64,000 nt of DNA from an uncultured Candidatus Actinomarina sp. (GCA_902566515.1 CACFIX010000003.1:3889-67888), one strand, 5' to 3'; counted from the stretch's first letter, positions 1 through 10,362 are shown. Made by a program: numbers and translations. The notes: generated by a model not told the origin, from the letters alone.

Positions 1-3000
1 AAATTTATTCTCAGGAATTGTTGTAGTAGTGGTACAACTAAGTGTCAATAAAGTTGATGTTTCCCAGTTACCATCAACGGCTATTGTAGAAGCATCGCTT
101 GTTGCATCAATTATTCTCCATTGGATATTTTGTCCTTCAGAAATTTCGATAGTCTTTGATGTGTTGTCACCCGCTGGAATGATTAATGTCTCATATCTGG
201 CAAACGTGCCATTATCAACTTTGTATTCAAGTAAGTATGATTTCTGTGAGCTGGAAAGATTAGTTACTTTGATAATTGATAGAGCTTTATTATTCTCACA
301 TGTTCCAAGTGTATGAATTATCTGTTGATTTGTAGTGATGTCACAGTTAACTGGTGCAGTATCAGTCAGAGTTTTGTAATCATTATCAGTCAAATTAGTA
401 GGCTTATATCTCCATCTTATTTGGGTGCCTTTTGTAACATTTATTAAATCACTAAGATGTGTTGTATTAGCTTGAATTAATACAGTCTTTTCATTAGTCC
501 AGCTATTTCCATCAAAAGAGTATGAGTAAGTAACAGTTTGGTTTGTTGTTGTTGGGTTAGAGATTTTTACCTGAGCAAATGGTTGGTCTTCACTACAAAT
601 AAATGTGTTTGTGGCTGTTAATGGGTTACCTACAGTTTCGCAATTAGTGACCTTATAAACCAATCCACTATTACTCCAATTTGTTGTTCCAAATGGAGCA
701 TATTGAAATTCAACATATGGATCAACTAATGTATATTCAACGTTTTTAGAATTGCCTGCTGAAATTGCAGTTGTAGTTAAAGTCTTCCAACTATCAGTTT
801 GTAAATATCTGTATTGTACAGTAACGCTTCCATCCACTGATGATGTATTGTTTAATGTCAAGGTAACTTTTGTGTTACTAACTTGATTACTATTTAAAGT
901 TGATGCATCAGCACAAACGGTCTGTGTCTGTAAGCTAAATACTGGTGTACACTGATTGGTCTTTGCCAGTGAAGGAATAAGAGAATCATTACTAAAATCT
1001 GTGTCCGTTGAAGCGACATACTGCCATCTTATAGTCTCTCCCTGCTGGATTGGCCATTGAAAATCGAAATTCTGTCCACCTGCAATAGGAGTTGAAGGGA
1101 ATTTTGTTTCCCAGTTGCCATTATTAATTTGAATCTGAACTTGGTAATACTGGGTTGTTGAACCATTGTTTGTAATTGTTAATTTAGAGTATTGTTCTCC
1201 ATCAACACAAGTACCTAAAGTATGAACGTGCGATGAAGATTGGAAACATTGAGCTAAATATCCTGGATGAGTATCGTTTGTCCAATCTCCAGCAAAATCA
1301 TTTGATGCAAGTGATGCTCTAAATCTCCAATCAACATAGCCTCCACTAGATAATGCAGGTGCATTAAATCCTTTTGAAGTTCCTGCAGCAATACTTTCAA
1401 CACTTAATGTTGTATATGATGACCAGATATTATTTGTTTCTGATGATTTTGTTCTGTACTGCACCTCTACATATACAGTATTATTTGTTGATGATGGGTT
1501 ATTAATTGTAAATGTTCCGATTCTCTGACCGTCAGCACATGAATCAAATGCATGTGAATAAGTAATTTGAGTAGTTACTAATGAATCACAATCAATTGCT
1601 GGTTTATCATCAGTTAAAACATCGCTTGCGCTTGAAATTGCAGCAGAAGTACTTGCATATTTGTATTTCCACTTAACAACTGATCCGTTTGTAATATTGT
1701 TCTGGGTAAATACTTTTGGTGACGTTGTTATGACTTTCTGACTAGTTGCATGGTTGTTCCAATTAGCTCCACCATCATAACTTATCCATACATCGACATA
1801 AACATCTACAAATCCATCATTTGTCAATGTCAATGTTGATGATGCTTTTCTGTCAACACATGAACCAATAGTAACGTTGTGTGAAATGCTTCCATCACAT
1901 AGCACTGACAGTGGTCCATTAGGTGTTCCAGAAGTAAATGATTTATTAGCAAATGCATCTGTGCTTAGAGAATCTTTGAATCTCCATTGAATTGTTGATC
2001 CCGAACCAACTTCTACAGAGATAGATTGCTCATTACTATTTGTATGTAGGGATGTATAGTAATTTGCTGTCTGTCCTGCTTTAGGATTTGTCCAAGCTCC
2101 ACCGTCTATTGAATACTCAACTAAGAAATATACAGGAGCACCAGTGCTTGGCTTATTTAAATAATAGAATACGGAATCTCTTTTACCACTTTGACAAGCA
2201 TCTAATGCAACTCTCCACTCAATGTCGCCAGAACAGTTAACAGGTCCTTTTGTTTCGCTAACAATGTAGTCAATTCCTGTAAAAGCTGATGTGGTATTAG
2301 TATTTGAAATCTTGTACCTAATAGTAAAGTACTCACCCTCAGACAAGTATTTAGTTTGGGTGTTGGTGTTAGAAGCTACCAATCCAAAATTGTTTGTTAA
2401 AGAAACCCAGTTAGATGGACTTTGCTCAAGTGAGTACTCAATTAAATAAAATTTATCAGATGAACTGTTATTTACCGTTGTAACAGTTGCAGTTTTTGTT
2501 CCGTTAGAGTTACATGTTGTTGGGATAGTTATAGAGACGTCATCACCAGATAAACATGTAATAGTCATTGTGCTTGATTCCGAATAATCAGTGGAGTACG
2601 TTACGTTATCTTTAGAAGTCTTATATCTCCACTTAATAGTGTTACCATTTGAAAGATTTGTTTTCTCAATTGTTGCTTGGCTATTTGGTCCAACAATAAT
2701 TGTTCCTGCTGAAGTATATGCTTCTCCATTAACGCTTACTTCAACTTGGAAATAAACATCTGACGTTGCTGCAGCACCATTCTTAGCATAGAAGTATGCA
2801 TCTTTATTCCCATCTCTACAGGAACCTTGTGCGATCTCAAAACCTGGGTCGATAATACTACAATTAACTGTTGCACTCTGAACAGGTGATTTAGGAGTAG
2901 CGACAGCTATAAGGTTTAGATCATTCGATACAGAATATCTCCACTCAATATATTTTCCTGATGGTACAGATTTTGTAAATGCAGTAGATGTCGTATTTGC

Positions 3001-6000
3001 ATTTAATAAGAAGTCATCATCGACAGTTGTATAAACACTTTCTCCTTGGATTTTGTATTGAATTTTGTAATAAAGATTTGTACCAGTATTGTTCTGGATT
3101 ACATAACTAGATAGTGCCTCACCATTAGTATCACACTCACCAATTGCTACTGTCTCAATAGTGTCGAATGTACAATCTGAGACTGCACTTTCCGTTAACT
3201 CAACATAGACAACTCCTGATGGCGTAGCTACTTGTGTGTGTGGGTAATACTTCCATCTAATTGTTTGACCACTAGGTACAGCAATGGTTTTTTGCTCTGT
3301 AGCTCCAGGCTGCACTTCTTCCACTATAGTTGTCCAGTTAGAACCACCATCTAATGTGTATTGAATATGAAAGAAAGCATTTGCATTTGATGATATTGGA
3401 TTTGTAAAACTGAATGTAGATTGCTGTGCTCCTCCAACACAGTTACCTAAACTTGCTTCTGCAGTACCTGCTACAACTGGACATTCTACAAGATCTGACT
3501 GAACTATTGATGCTACTGTTGCATAAGCAGCTGTATAGTTGTTACTGATATTGGTAGCAGTAACTCTCCAGTAAACACGTTTTGTATGAGGTACATCTAC
3601 TATGACTTCTTGAAAACCTGTTGGGGCAACCTCAACATTGCCCTCTACAACAGTGAAGTTGACATTGTCAAAAGATCTCTCAACTTTGAAATATAAAGTA
3701 GCAAATGTTTCATTATTTGTAAGCCTTACAGTTGATGCTTTTACACCTGCATTACATGTACCAAGTGTCTGAGAAACAGTAAAGTCTTTTACACAGTTAA
3801 CAAATGATGCAGTCTGGTCGTATGTCCAGTTACCGGCAAAAGTATCGGTGTATGACCACTCATATCGCCAAATTATTTTCTGTCCCTCTGAAACATTTAT
3901 AGTGTCACCTGTAACATAGGCTGCACCGTTTGCAGGCAAAAGATCTCCCATTAATGTTGTATTGACCCACGTTCCAGCAGATAAATCTTCACTAGTAGTT
4001 GTATTAATGATTTTGTATTGTACATTTACATACGCCGCTGAAGTTGATGATGTAGTGTTAACAACAGTCATATTTGGTTGTTGCACATTGTTTGTTGTAC
4101 ATACAGGAGTATTAGGTGTAAATGAAACTGTGTTAAATGGACAATCTACAGTAAGTGTGTCTGAGTATTTTAATTCTGCAGTATTTAGTGTTGATGTGCT
4201 TTTACTAATTCTATATCTAACTTGAATAGTTGCTGAGTGAGGAACAGTAATATCTAACTGTAACTGAGCATCATTACCGCCCGTCACAGTTTCCTGTGCC
4301 CTATACACTATCCAATCACTGTCAGTACTTCTCTTATACTCAATCTTAAAATATGTAGTATCTGTTGAATTCACGTCCAAAGTTACTGTTGGTGTAGCAG
4401 AACCATTTCCACAGGAACCTAAAGTAAGATCTACAACACCACCGGAACAACCACAGTCAACAGTCTCACTTGCATCGACAGTTTCCCAATCTTGACCAAC
4501 AAAGTCACCACCATTAGTAGTATCTTTTATTCTCCACGTAATTGTATTTCCGTCTGGTACGAATACTGTCTGCGATGAGTCTGAGGCCCCCGCCGCAACC
4601 GATATGTCGTAGGCCGACTCAATATTTGGATTAGAGTACTGCCATGTTAGACCACCATCCAATGAATACATAACCTTGTAATACGTTGTATAGTTTTCGT
4701 TATTAGTAATAGTTAATGTTGAGTTTGCACCACTATCACTACACACACACTCAGTTACAGTCTGCGAATATGTGGAATCAGGATCGCAGTCCACAGAGAT
4801 ATTAGTAGTATTTTCATACACTATTGTGCTGAAATTCGTTGAGAGAGTGCCATCATTATAATTCTGAGTACTTGTCGGCATTCTTGTATAAAGACCATTT
4901 TTATTTGTTGAACCTATGTGGTCAAAATAACTACTAATCTTGCTGAAATCTCTAATGTAACCCCATTGAACCTGTATTACTGTTGTGTTAGGTAACGTAG
5001 CAGATGTAGGAAGCTCAAACGTTGTGGAGTTATTCAGGTTAACTTTTGTATGATTCGAATACGTCGATCCACCGTTGGTCGAGTACCTGTAAATTAATGT
5101 TGCTGCTTCATAAGGATCAGTATGAGAGATAGTAGTATCAGTAAATGTAAACTGGACTTTTCCTCTATTCTCCTGACACTGTTGTTGAGTAGACACAAGC
5201 GTAACAGGCTCAATATCGTTAGATTCACAACCTAGATTTGCCGCAACATCCATGGTTGTCCATGACAAGTTGTTTAAGGCTGCATGATCGTGGTTCTGCG
5301 AATTTGAGTTGTAGTAACGATATCGAATTTTGTAAGCATGTGAGGAGTCAACAAAATGATATGCAGACCAATTAGCATCACTTTGGGTATACGTACCAAC
5401 GTTTATATATCCAGAGTGGCTTGGGTATGCGGAATTGTAATAAGTTTGGCTGAAATAATAAGTACCACTTGACCAATTTTCATTATTTCCATATCCATAA
5501 AATATCCACGGTCCAAATGGATTCCATGTTTGGCCATCATGGGATATCTGAATATCAAAATGTAGATAATTGTAACTGTTACCAGTACTTTGTATTTTTT
5601 GTGCTTTTAGTTTCAACAAATCTGGGCCAAGTGAGGCACAGCCATCATACGATGTTGATAACGTAAAATAATCATCTAAATTACACGAGACTGTGTATGG
5701 TCCTTTTGAAGTGTATGTAGTGTATGCAGAAGTTGCTGTGAGCTCTGTTCTTAATTCAAATGTTACTGAATCTCCATGTTGAAAATCTATAGGTATTGTT
5801 ACGTAATCATTAGATGATGCATTTACAGTAATACTACCTGTATGTGGCCAGGAAGATCCTCCATCTTCTGAAGCTCTATACTGAAGCTGTATTGAAGTAG
5901 TTTCATCATTATCAATTAAGACTTTAAATCGCTGATTTCCTCCATAACATGTTGCATCTGTATAAACCTGTAACACATCACCAATAGTTGCATTTACATC

Positions 6001-9000
6001 ACAGTCAACAAGAATTGTATTATTCACTGTTGTGAATGTACCTGAAGTAACTGGTGCAGTTGGAGAATGTCTGTATTTCAGAGCAATAGTCTGACCCTGT
6101 GTCATTGTTGGAGTAAAAGTAAATGAAACTGTTTCACCTGGTAACACAGATTTGTATACATCCGTACCAAATGCATCAAGCCAGTTGTCGCCTTGACCTA
6201 CTATTGAGTAATCTACATCATAATGTGCCATTAAATAACCAGTATTAGTAATTGTTACTACAGGTTTGTTACCTCCAGAGACACAGTCTCCTAATGCAAA
6301 AACTAACTGTGCACCAGTACTTGGACAGTTAACTGTTAGAACTGGTGTGGTATATGCAGTCGCATTCGAAAAGTCTCCAGTATCTGGTGAGAGATGTAGT
6401 TTATATTGAATGGTTTGTCCATGATTGAGCTGTGCAGTTTCTTGAAGTAACGTATTAGCATTTAATTGATAATTTGTGTAAACCGTTGTCCAGTCATTAG
6501 CTCCATCAACTTTCTTTTCTAACTTCAGATAATAAATAGCCGAACCTGAATCTGTTTTAATACTAAAAATGGTGTCTGCAAAACCAGTATTAACATCATT
6601 TTGACAAGTGCCTTGTGCTAAAAGATTAGAAACTACAGTACCATTAACGGTCACATCAGTATTCCCACTTCCCTCAATAAAATCTGTTAGATCAACATCA
6701 CATTCTGCAGTCCTGTCAGCTGTTGACATATTCTGTGAACCAAGTTCTATGTAACTAGCATTAGCTAAATCTGATTGTGAAAATGCTCTTTTATATCTGA
6801 GTTTTACTACAGAACCGTCAGCAAGCCTTGTTCCAATCGTGAAATATCTGTAAGAGTAACTTGTCATTTCAATATAAGTTCCAGTAGTAGTTGTTGCAGA
6901 CCAACCATTATTATTAGTTGCTGATGGAGGAGAATGGATTGCAGAAGAGTTGTGTCTCCTGTAGAAAATATTTGCAGTTGACCAGTTTTGTCCATCATCA
7001 ACGGAGTACTCAAAAATCCACCACTGCTTGGAGTAAGCTTCGTTGTTTCCTCCTGAATTGTTATAAAATTGATTTGAAACCCAAATCTGATCGTTTATGC
7101 AGGAATTTGTTTGTGTATTATCAGGAAAGAGATACTGGTAATTACTAGTTGGTAGTGTTTCATATTGATTACAGTTAATTCCGTAATAACCAGAAGTAAT
7201 ATCTGCGGATGACCTAGCTTGACTGACATAGACATAAGGGAACGGGCCTGATGACCAAGTAACATTCTCTACATATGAAACTTGATATCTCCAATGTGCA
7301 AAATATTGCGAACCAACATCTGACGTATATGTTTTTTGAAAACCAGGTCTTGAGTTTGCATCGTATGTGTAGGCTGTGTTTGCTGGAATTGCATAAACGA
7401 CTGCTGCTGGTGAATTATCATAATATGAGTCACTGTTATAACTGGTGGTATTAAGTTGATCTTCTGATGGTTGAATACGAACATAAATAGTTACAGATTC
7501 GTTATTTTGTATAGTAAGCGTTGAAGTTTTTCCTGTGTTAGTACAGGCACTCATTGAATACACTCCAGTAGTTGAAGGATTACAATTTGTTTGTACTGTT
7601 GAAGTGTAATTAAAGTTATGTAATGTTGTATTGGTCCAATCTGGATTTTGTGTAAAAGAGCCCTGAACTTTCCAATAAATATAACTGTTGACACCATATG
7701 TATATGTCTTTGTTGTTGTGTGTGAGTAGGTAGTATTTGCAGCAATGGAGAATAACTGGATATCATCATCTTCGTAATTAGCTGTTGTTGTTTGACTGTT
7801 GCTTGCACCAACTTTTGAAGGTACCGCTCTAAAATAAATTGTCTGAGATTCGTTATTAGTAATTGTAAGTGTTGTAGTTTGACCAGATGCTGAACATGAA
7901 GTTACTGTTTGTGAAACACTAAAATCAGCCTGACAATTTATTGCCTGGGTATAGATGCCCCATGCTGCTGTAGTATCAGGATCTGTTTCATCAATTCTAA
8001 ATCTAAAATATGCAGTTGATCCAGAGGATAATGTAGATGGAGAGTCATACGTTAACGTTACTCCATCGTTAAATGCTACCCCATCAGCCAGAGTTGACCA
8101 CGTTGAACCATTTGTTGAGTAATCAACATCAATAAAACCATTAAAGCTATCGTTTGCTGCATCTCTTTGTTTAATCGTAAATCTTGCAATAGCACTTCCC
8201 TGAGCATCGCAAACCTGTGATATGGTTTTAGTCGTACTGCTATAGTTGTTGCTTGAATTATTAGAGGAACCACCACTACCTACGTAGAAACAGTCAACCT
8301 CTGAGTCAGTAAGCGTTAGATAGGAATCACCAGATTTAACATAGGATCCATAACTTGAATTAGACGTATAAGATCCGTTAACACCGTTCGTTAAAAGATT
8401 ATAAGTAGAATATAAATTGGAATAAATCCATCTTATTTCTGGTGTAACACCATGCCACATTTGAAAAGTGAATGTTTGTGTTGAACCAGCTGAAACCGAT
8501 CTGTAAGTATCAATCCAACTAAAGGTTCCACTCTGACCACTAGAATTTATATTTCCTCGAATGTGAACTTGAGCTGTTTGGTTACCTGTATTTTGCACTG
8601 TCATTGTGTAGGTCTTATATGGTTGATTAGTTGTACATGAAGGTGAATTTAGACTTGCAGTCATACTGTACACAGGACAGTTAATAGTTACACTAGACGA
8701 TTCTGTCCAGTTCGTACCAGATGGATTGCTAGCGCCAACAATATATCTAAAAGTAACGACAGAGTTGTGTGCTACTGCTGACGTTATCTCGTAAGTCTCT
8801 GGAGAGCCAACTGCAACTTGTTCACCATCCTTTAATGCCTGCCAGGCACTACTTCCTACCTTGTACTCAACATCAAAAAATACCGTCGTGTTACCAGTTG
8901 CTGTAAGAGTAATTGTAGGCTTTGCTGTACCATCACCTAAACATGTTCCATTTGCAGTTGCAACAGAACCCGTCGCTAACGTATAGTTTCCACATCCACT

Positions 9001-9335
9001 GACAGTTAATTGTTGACCTACGTTGTAGGAAGTTGCAGAATTAGATGGATTAGATGAGTTATAGCGCATACGGAATTGTATTGTTCGACCGTCATATTCC
9101 TGATTTGCCGAAATCGTTGTATTAGCGCCAGGGGTCACCGACTGCCCGTCAACAAGATTTGTAAACGAACCACCATCTATGCTGACATCTACATCAAAGT
9201 ATTGTGTGCTGGATTTGTTGTTTGTGATTAACAGTTGTGGTGTAGCAAAACCATTGGAACATGCTGTAAGAGTTGCACTAAATGTTGGTGAAAATGGATC
9301 AAATGCATTAGGTCCACAAGAGGCACCATCAGAGT
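1..9335 (-). repeat. Protein-level tandem array of ~27 divergent Cys-bracketed modules (97-155 aa each) inside the giant CDS
   Basis: Module boundaries of the form ..V(N/D)C.. lie at roughly 35, 345, 645, 955, 1245, 1590, 1895, 2235, 2555, 2865, 3175, 3480, 3795, 4140, 4450, 4790, 5225, 5690, 6005, 6325, 6700, 7170, 7595, 7935, 8290, 8680, 8995 and 9320. Each is followed 12-14 aa later by a second Cys, often as (T/S)LG(T/S/N)C. Verified examples are VNCDITTNQQIIHTLGTC, TNCETVGNPLTATNTFIC, AQCFQSSSHVHTLGTC and VNCSGDIEWRVALDAC. There is a mid-module Y-x-(V/I)-(E/Q)-Y-x-x-(D/N)G-x-x-(W/F) motif (LLEYKVDNGTF, YSYSFDGNSW). There is also a late G-x-(T/K)-I-x-W-(R/K)-(Y/F/I) motif (GQNIQWRII, GTQIRWRYK, GETIRWQ, GSVVKWKYK, GSTIQWR, GNTIKWRYK, GKYIEWRYS, GQTIRWK, GQKIIWRY). 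Copies are not identical at the nucleotide level. Confidence 0.8.
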
Positions 9336-10362
9336 TGTTTGTTAAGAAAGAGCTTCCTTTTTGTGTAACGCTATAGTTATTTGTTCCATTTCTTACAATC
9401 TCAAAACGCATACCGTTTGTGTCATCAACAATAAATCGAATCTCACCTTGGGGTGTTTTATAAGAAAATGCAGAAAGTACAGTACTTGCTCCAGAAAACG
9501 CGCTTGTTTGTGGATCAATTGAAGATGAGTTTGATGGATTATCGATATCAAATCTGTGTATTTTGTTATTAATTGCATCATAGGTAACTAGCTCATATCC
9601 GTCCCAGTCCCCTACATAGGCATAGTCAGCAGCATTAATTGGACTAACAAAAGCTGGATCTGGAAAGGTAGTTGTAGTACCACTTGATACGTTATAGATC
9701 ATGTTTGAGTTTGGTCGTGCTATATCTGATCCATTTCCATCAGAGTCAGTATCAAATGCACCCTGTGAGAAATAAATTCTATCTATGCCATCTTTTGAGA
9801 CATACTCACCAGATGAGAAACCATAGTGACCACCACCACCTGGTAGCTGATAGAAATCCAACTGTCCAATAGTTCCATATGAACCCATATTTTTTAAGTG
9901 TGTGAGTGAACCATTAGTATTAATTTGGAAAAGATCAGTACCGTTTGCTGAAGATGTAATTGTGACATACATCTTTCCATCAGGTGACATGGCTAAACCA
10001 TTAATACCTTTTACTCCAGTTATGCTTGTTCCGCCTACCGTTAATCCAGATAAACTGACTTGGGTCTCAGCTAAGTTAACTGTTGATGTTGATGTGGCAA
10101 CATATTGAGAGATTGTAAAAAAGTTGTCCGTAAACTCCCAATCAAGTTTATAGAAATACGCTCTCTCTGCAGCGTCGTTACATTCCCATATCGTATTTGC
10201 ATATGCTTCTTCTTGAGGTGTGGCCCAAGAAGAGATGAATACTAATGCAAATAAAAGGACATGAAGTGTTGTTGTTGTGATTTTTTTATAGTTGATGGCG
10301 TGAAAGAACGTCTTAACCTTAAGACAACACAAAATAAAATTATATTTATTTATCACACACAT
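1..10362 (-). CDS. Giant secreted repeat-module surface protein, 5' portion (>=3454 codons; continues past the left window edge)
   Basis: The minus-strand frame (plus-strand triplets phased from position 1) is open from the upstream TGA at 10393-10395 down to position 1. I hand-translated 1-660 and 9361-10200, plus spot checks at 1201-1260, 2161-2220 and 5281-5340, and all read as clean protein. It is missing from the ORF track only because it has no stop inside the window; a stop in this frame would have produced a listed ORF starting near 10362. Start candidates are TTG 10365, ATG 10362, GTG 10356 and TTG 10332. The N-terminus ...YKKITTTTLHVLLFALVFISSWATPQEEAYA looks like a Sec signal peptide. 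Confidence 0.9.
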   Translation of the reverse strand, partial: MCVINKYNFILCCLKVKTFFHAINYKKITTTTLHVLLFALVFISSWATPQEEAYANTIWECNDAAERAYFYKLDWEFTDNFFTISQYVATSTSTVNLAETQVSLSGLTVGGTSITGVKGINGLAMSPDGKMYVTITSSANGTDLFQINTNGSLTHLKNMGSYGTIGQLDFYQLPGGGGHYGFSSGEYVSKDGIDRIYFSQGAFDTDSDGNGSDIARPNSNMIYNVSSGTTTTFPDPAFVSPINAADYAYVGDWDGYELVTYDAINNKIHRFDIDNPSNSSSIDPQTSAFSGASTVLSAFSYKTPQGEIRFIVDDTNGMRFEIVRNGTNNYSVTQKGSSFLTNNSDGASCGPNAFDPFSPTFSATLTACSNGFATPQLLITNNKSSTQYFDVDVSIDGGSFTNLVDGQSVTPGANTTISANQEYDGRTIQFRMRYNSSNPSNSATSYNVGQQLTVSGCGNYTLATGSVATANGTCLGDGTAKPTITLTATGNTTVFFDVEYKVGSSAWQALKDGEQVAVGSPETYEITSAVAHNSVVTFRYIVGASNPSGTNWTESSSVTINCPVYSMTASLNSPSCTTNQPYKTYTMTVQNTGNQTAQVHIRGNINSSGQSGTFSWIDTYRSVSAGSTQTFTFQMWHGVTPEIRWIYSNLYSTYNLLTNGVNGSYTSNSSYGSYVKSGDSYLTLTDSEVDCFYVGSGGSSNNSSNNYSSTTKTISQVCDAQGSAIARFTIKQRDAANDSFNGFIDVDYSTNGSTWSTLADGVAFNDGVTLTYDSPSTLSSGSTAYFRFRIDETDPDTTAAWGIYTQAINCQADFSVSQTVTSCSASGQTTTLTITNNESQTIYFRAVPSKVGASNSQTTTANYEDDDIQLFSIAANTTYSHTTTKTYTYGVNSYIYWKVQGSFTQNPDWTNTTLHNFNYTSTVQTNCNPSTTGVYSMSACTNTGKTSTLTIQNNESVTIYVRIQPSEDQLNTTSYNSDSYYDNSPAAVVYAIPANTAYTYDANSRPGFQKTYTSDVGSQYFAHWRYQVSYVENVTWSSGPFPYVYVSQARSSADITSGYYGINCNQYETLPTSNYQYLFPDNTQTNSCINDQIWVSNQFYNNSGGNNEAYSKQWWIFEYSVDDGQNWSTANIFYRRHNSSAIHSPPSATNNNGWSATTTTGTYIEMTSYSYRYFTIGTRLADGSVVKLRYKRAFSQSDLANASYIELGSQNMSTADRTAECDVDLTDFIEGSGNTDVTVNGTVVSNLLAQGTCQNDVNTGFADTIFSIKTDSGSAIYYLKLEKKVDGANDWTTVYTNYQLNANTLLQETAQLNHGQTIQYKLHLSPDTGDFSNATAYTTPVLTVNCPSTGAQLVFALGDCVSGGNKPVVTITNTGYLMAHYDVDYSIVGQGDNWLDAFGTDVYKSVLPGETVSFTFTPTMTQGQTIALKYRHSPTAPVTSGTFTTVNNTILVDCDVNATIGDVLQVYTDATCYGGNQRFKVLIDNDETTSIQLQYRASEDGGSSWPHTGSITVNASSNDYVTIPIDFQHGDSVTFELRTELTATSAYTTYTSKGPYTVSCNLDDYFTLSTSYDGCASLGPDLLKLKAQKIQSTGNSYNYLHFDIQISHDGQTWNPFGPWIFYGYGNNENWSSGTYYFSQTYYNSAYPSHSGYINVGTYTQSDANWSAYHFVDSSHAYKIRYRYYNSNSQNHDHAALNNLSWTTMDVAANLGCESNDIEPVTLVSTQQQCQENRGKVQFTFTDTTISHTDPYEAATLIYRYSTNGGSTYSNHTKVNLNNSTTFELPTSATLPNTTVIQVQWGYIRDFSKISSYFDHIGSTNKNGLYTRMPTSTQNYNDGTLSTNFSTIVYENTTNISVDCDPDSTYSQTVTECVCSDSGANSTLTITNNENYTTYYKVMYSLDGGLTWQYSNPNIESAYDISVAAGASDSSQTVFVPDGNTITWRIKDTTNGGDFVGQDWETVDASETVDCGCSGGVVDLTLGSCGNGSATPTVTLDVNSTDTTYFKIEYKRSTDSDWIVYRAQETVTGGNDAQLQLDITVPHSATIQVRYRISKSTSTLNTAELKYSDTLTVDCPFNTVSFTPNTPVCTTNNVQQPNMTVVNTTSSTSAAYVNVQYKIINTTTSEDLSAGTWVNTTLMGDLLPANGAAYVTGDTINVSEGQKIIWRYEWSYTDTFAGNWTYDQTASFVNCVKDFTVSQTLGTCNAGVKASTVRLTNNETFATLYFKVERSFDNVNFTVVEGNVEVAPTGFQEVIVDVPHTKRVYWRVTATNISNNYTAAYATVASIVQSDLVECPVVAGTAEASLGNCVGGAQQSTFSFTNPISSNANAFFHIQYTLDGGSNWTTIVEEVQPGATEQKTIAVPSGQTIRWKYYPHTQVATPSGVVYVELTESAVSDCTFDTIETVAIGECDTNGEALSSYVIQNNTGTNLYYKIQYKIQGESVYTTVDDDFLLNANTTSTAFTKSVPSGKYIEWRYSVSNDLNLIAVATPKSPVQSATVNCSIIDPGFEIAQGSCRDGNKDAYFYAKNGAAATSDVYFQVEVSVNGEAYTSAGTIIVGPNSQATIEKTNLSNGNTIKWRYKTSKDNVTYSTDYSESSTMTITCLSGDDVSITIPTTCNSNGTKTATVTTVNNSSSDKFYLIEYSLEQSPSNWVSLTNNFGLVASNTNTQTKYLSEGEYFTIRYKISNTNTTSAFTGIDYIVSETKGPVNCSGDIEWRVALDACQSGKRDSVFYYLNKPSTGAPVYFLVEYSIDGGAWTNPKAGQTANYYTSLHTNSNEQSISVEVGSGSTIQWRFKDSLSTDAFANKSFTSGTPNGPLSVLCDGSISHNVTIGSCVDRKASSTLTLTNDGFVDVYVDVWISYDGGANWNNHATSQKVITTSPKVFTQNNITNGSVVKWKYKYASTSAAISSASDVLTDDKPAIDCDSLVTTQITYSHAFDSCADGQRIGTFTINNPSSTNNTVYVEVQYRTKSSETNNIWSSYTTLSVESIAAGTSKGFNAPALSSGGYVDWRFRASLASNDFAGDWTNDTHPGYLAQCFQSSSHVHTLGTCVDGEQYSKLTITNNGSTTQYYQVQIQINNGNWETKFPSTPIAGGQNFDFQWPIQQGETIRWQYVASTDTDFSNDSLIPSLAKTNQCTPVFSLQTQTVCADASTLNSNQVSNTKVTLTLNNTSSVDGSVTVQYRYLQTDSWKTLTTTAISAGNSKNVEYTLVDPYVEFQYAPFGTTNWSNSGLVYKVTNCETVGNPLTATNTFICSEDQPFAQVKISNPTTTNQTVTYSYSFDGNSWTNEKTVLIQANTTHLSDLINVTKGTQIRWRYKPTNLTDNDYKTLTDTAPVNCDITTNQQIIHTLGTCENNKALSIIKVTNLSSSQKSYLLEYKVDNGTFARYETLIIPAGDNTSKTIEISEGQNIQWRIIDATSDASTIAVDGNWETSTLLTLSCTTTTTIPENKF

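Noticed and set aside
3962-10108. Short track ORFs inside the giant gene: plus strand 3962-4225, 5469-5666, 6918-7148, 9179-9376, 9684-9872 and 9902-10108; minus strand 7269-7484, 7551-7811, 8076-8276 and 9393-9581
   Set aside because: All lie in other frames than the giant ORF. The four minus-strand ones share one alternative frame. They translate to low-complexity Q/H/L/T-rich strings typical of shadow ORFs.
1-10300. Reading the region as non-coding, decayed or intergenic because the ORF track lists only 60-95 aa ORFs there
   Set aside because: A single minus-strand frame is open across the whole region. The track omits it because it has no stop codon within the window.
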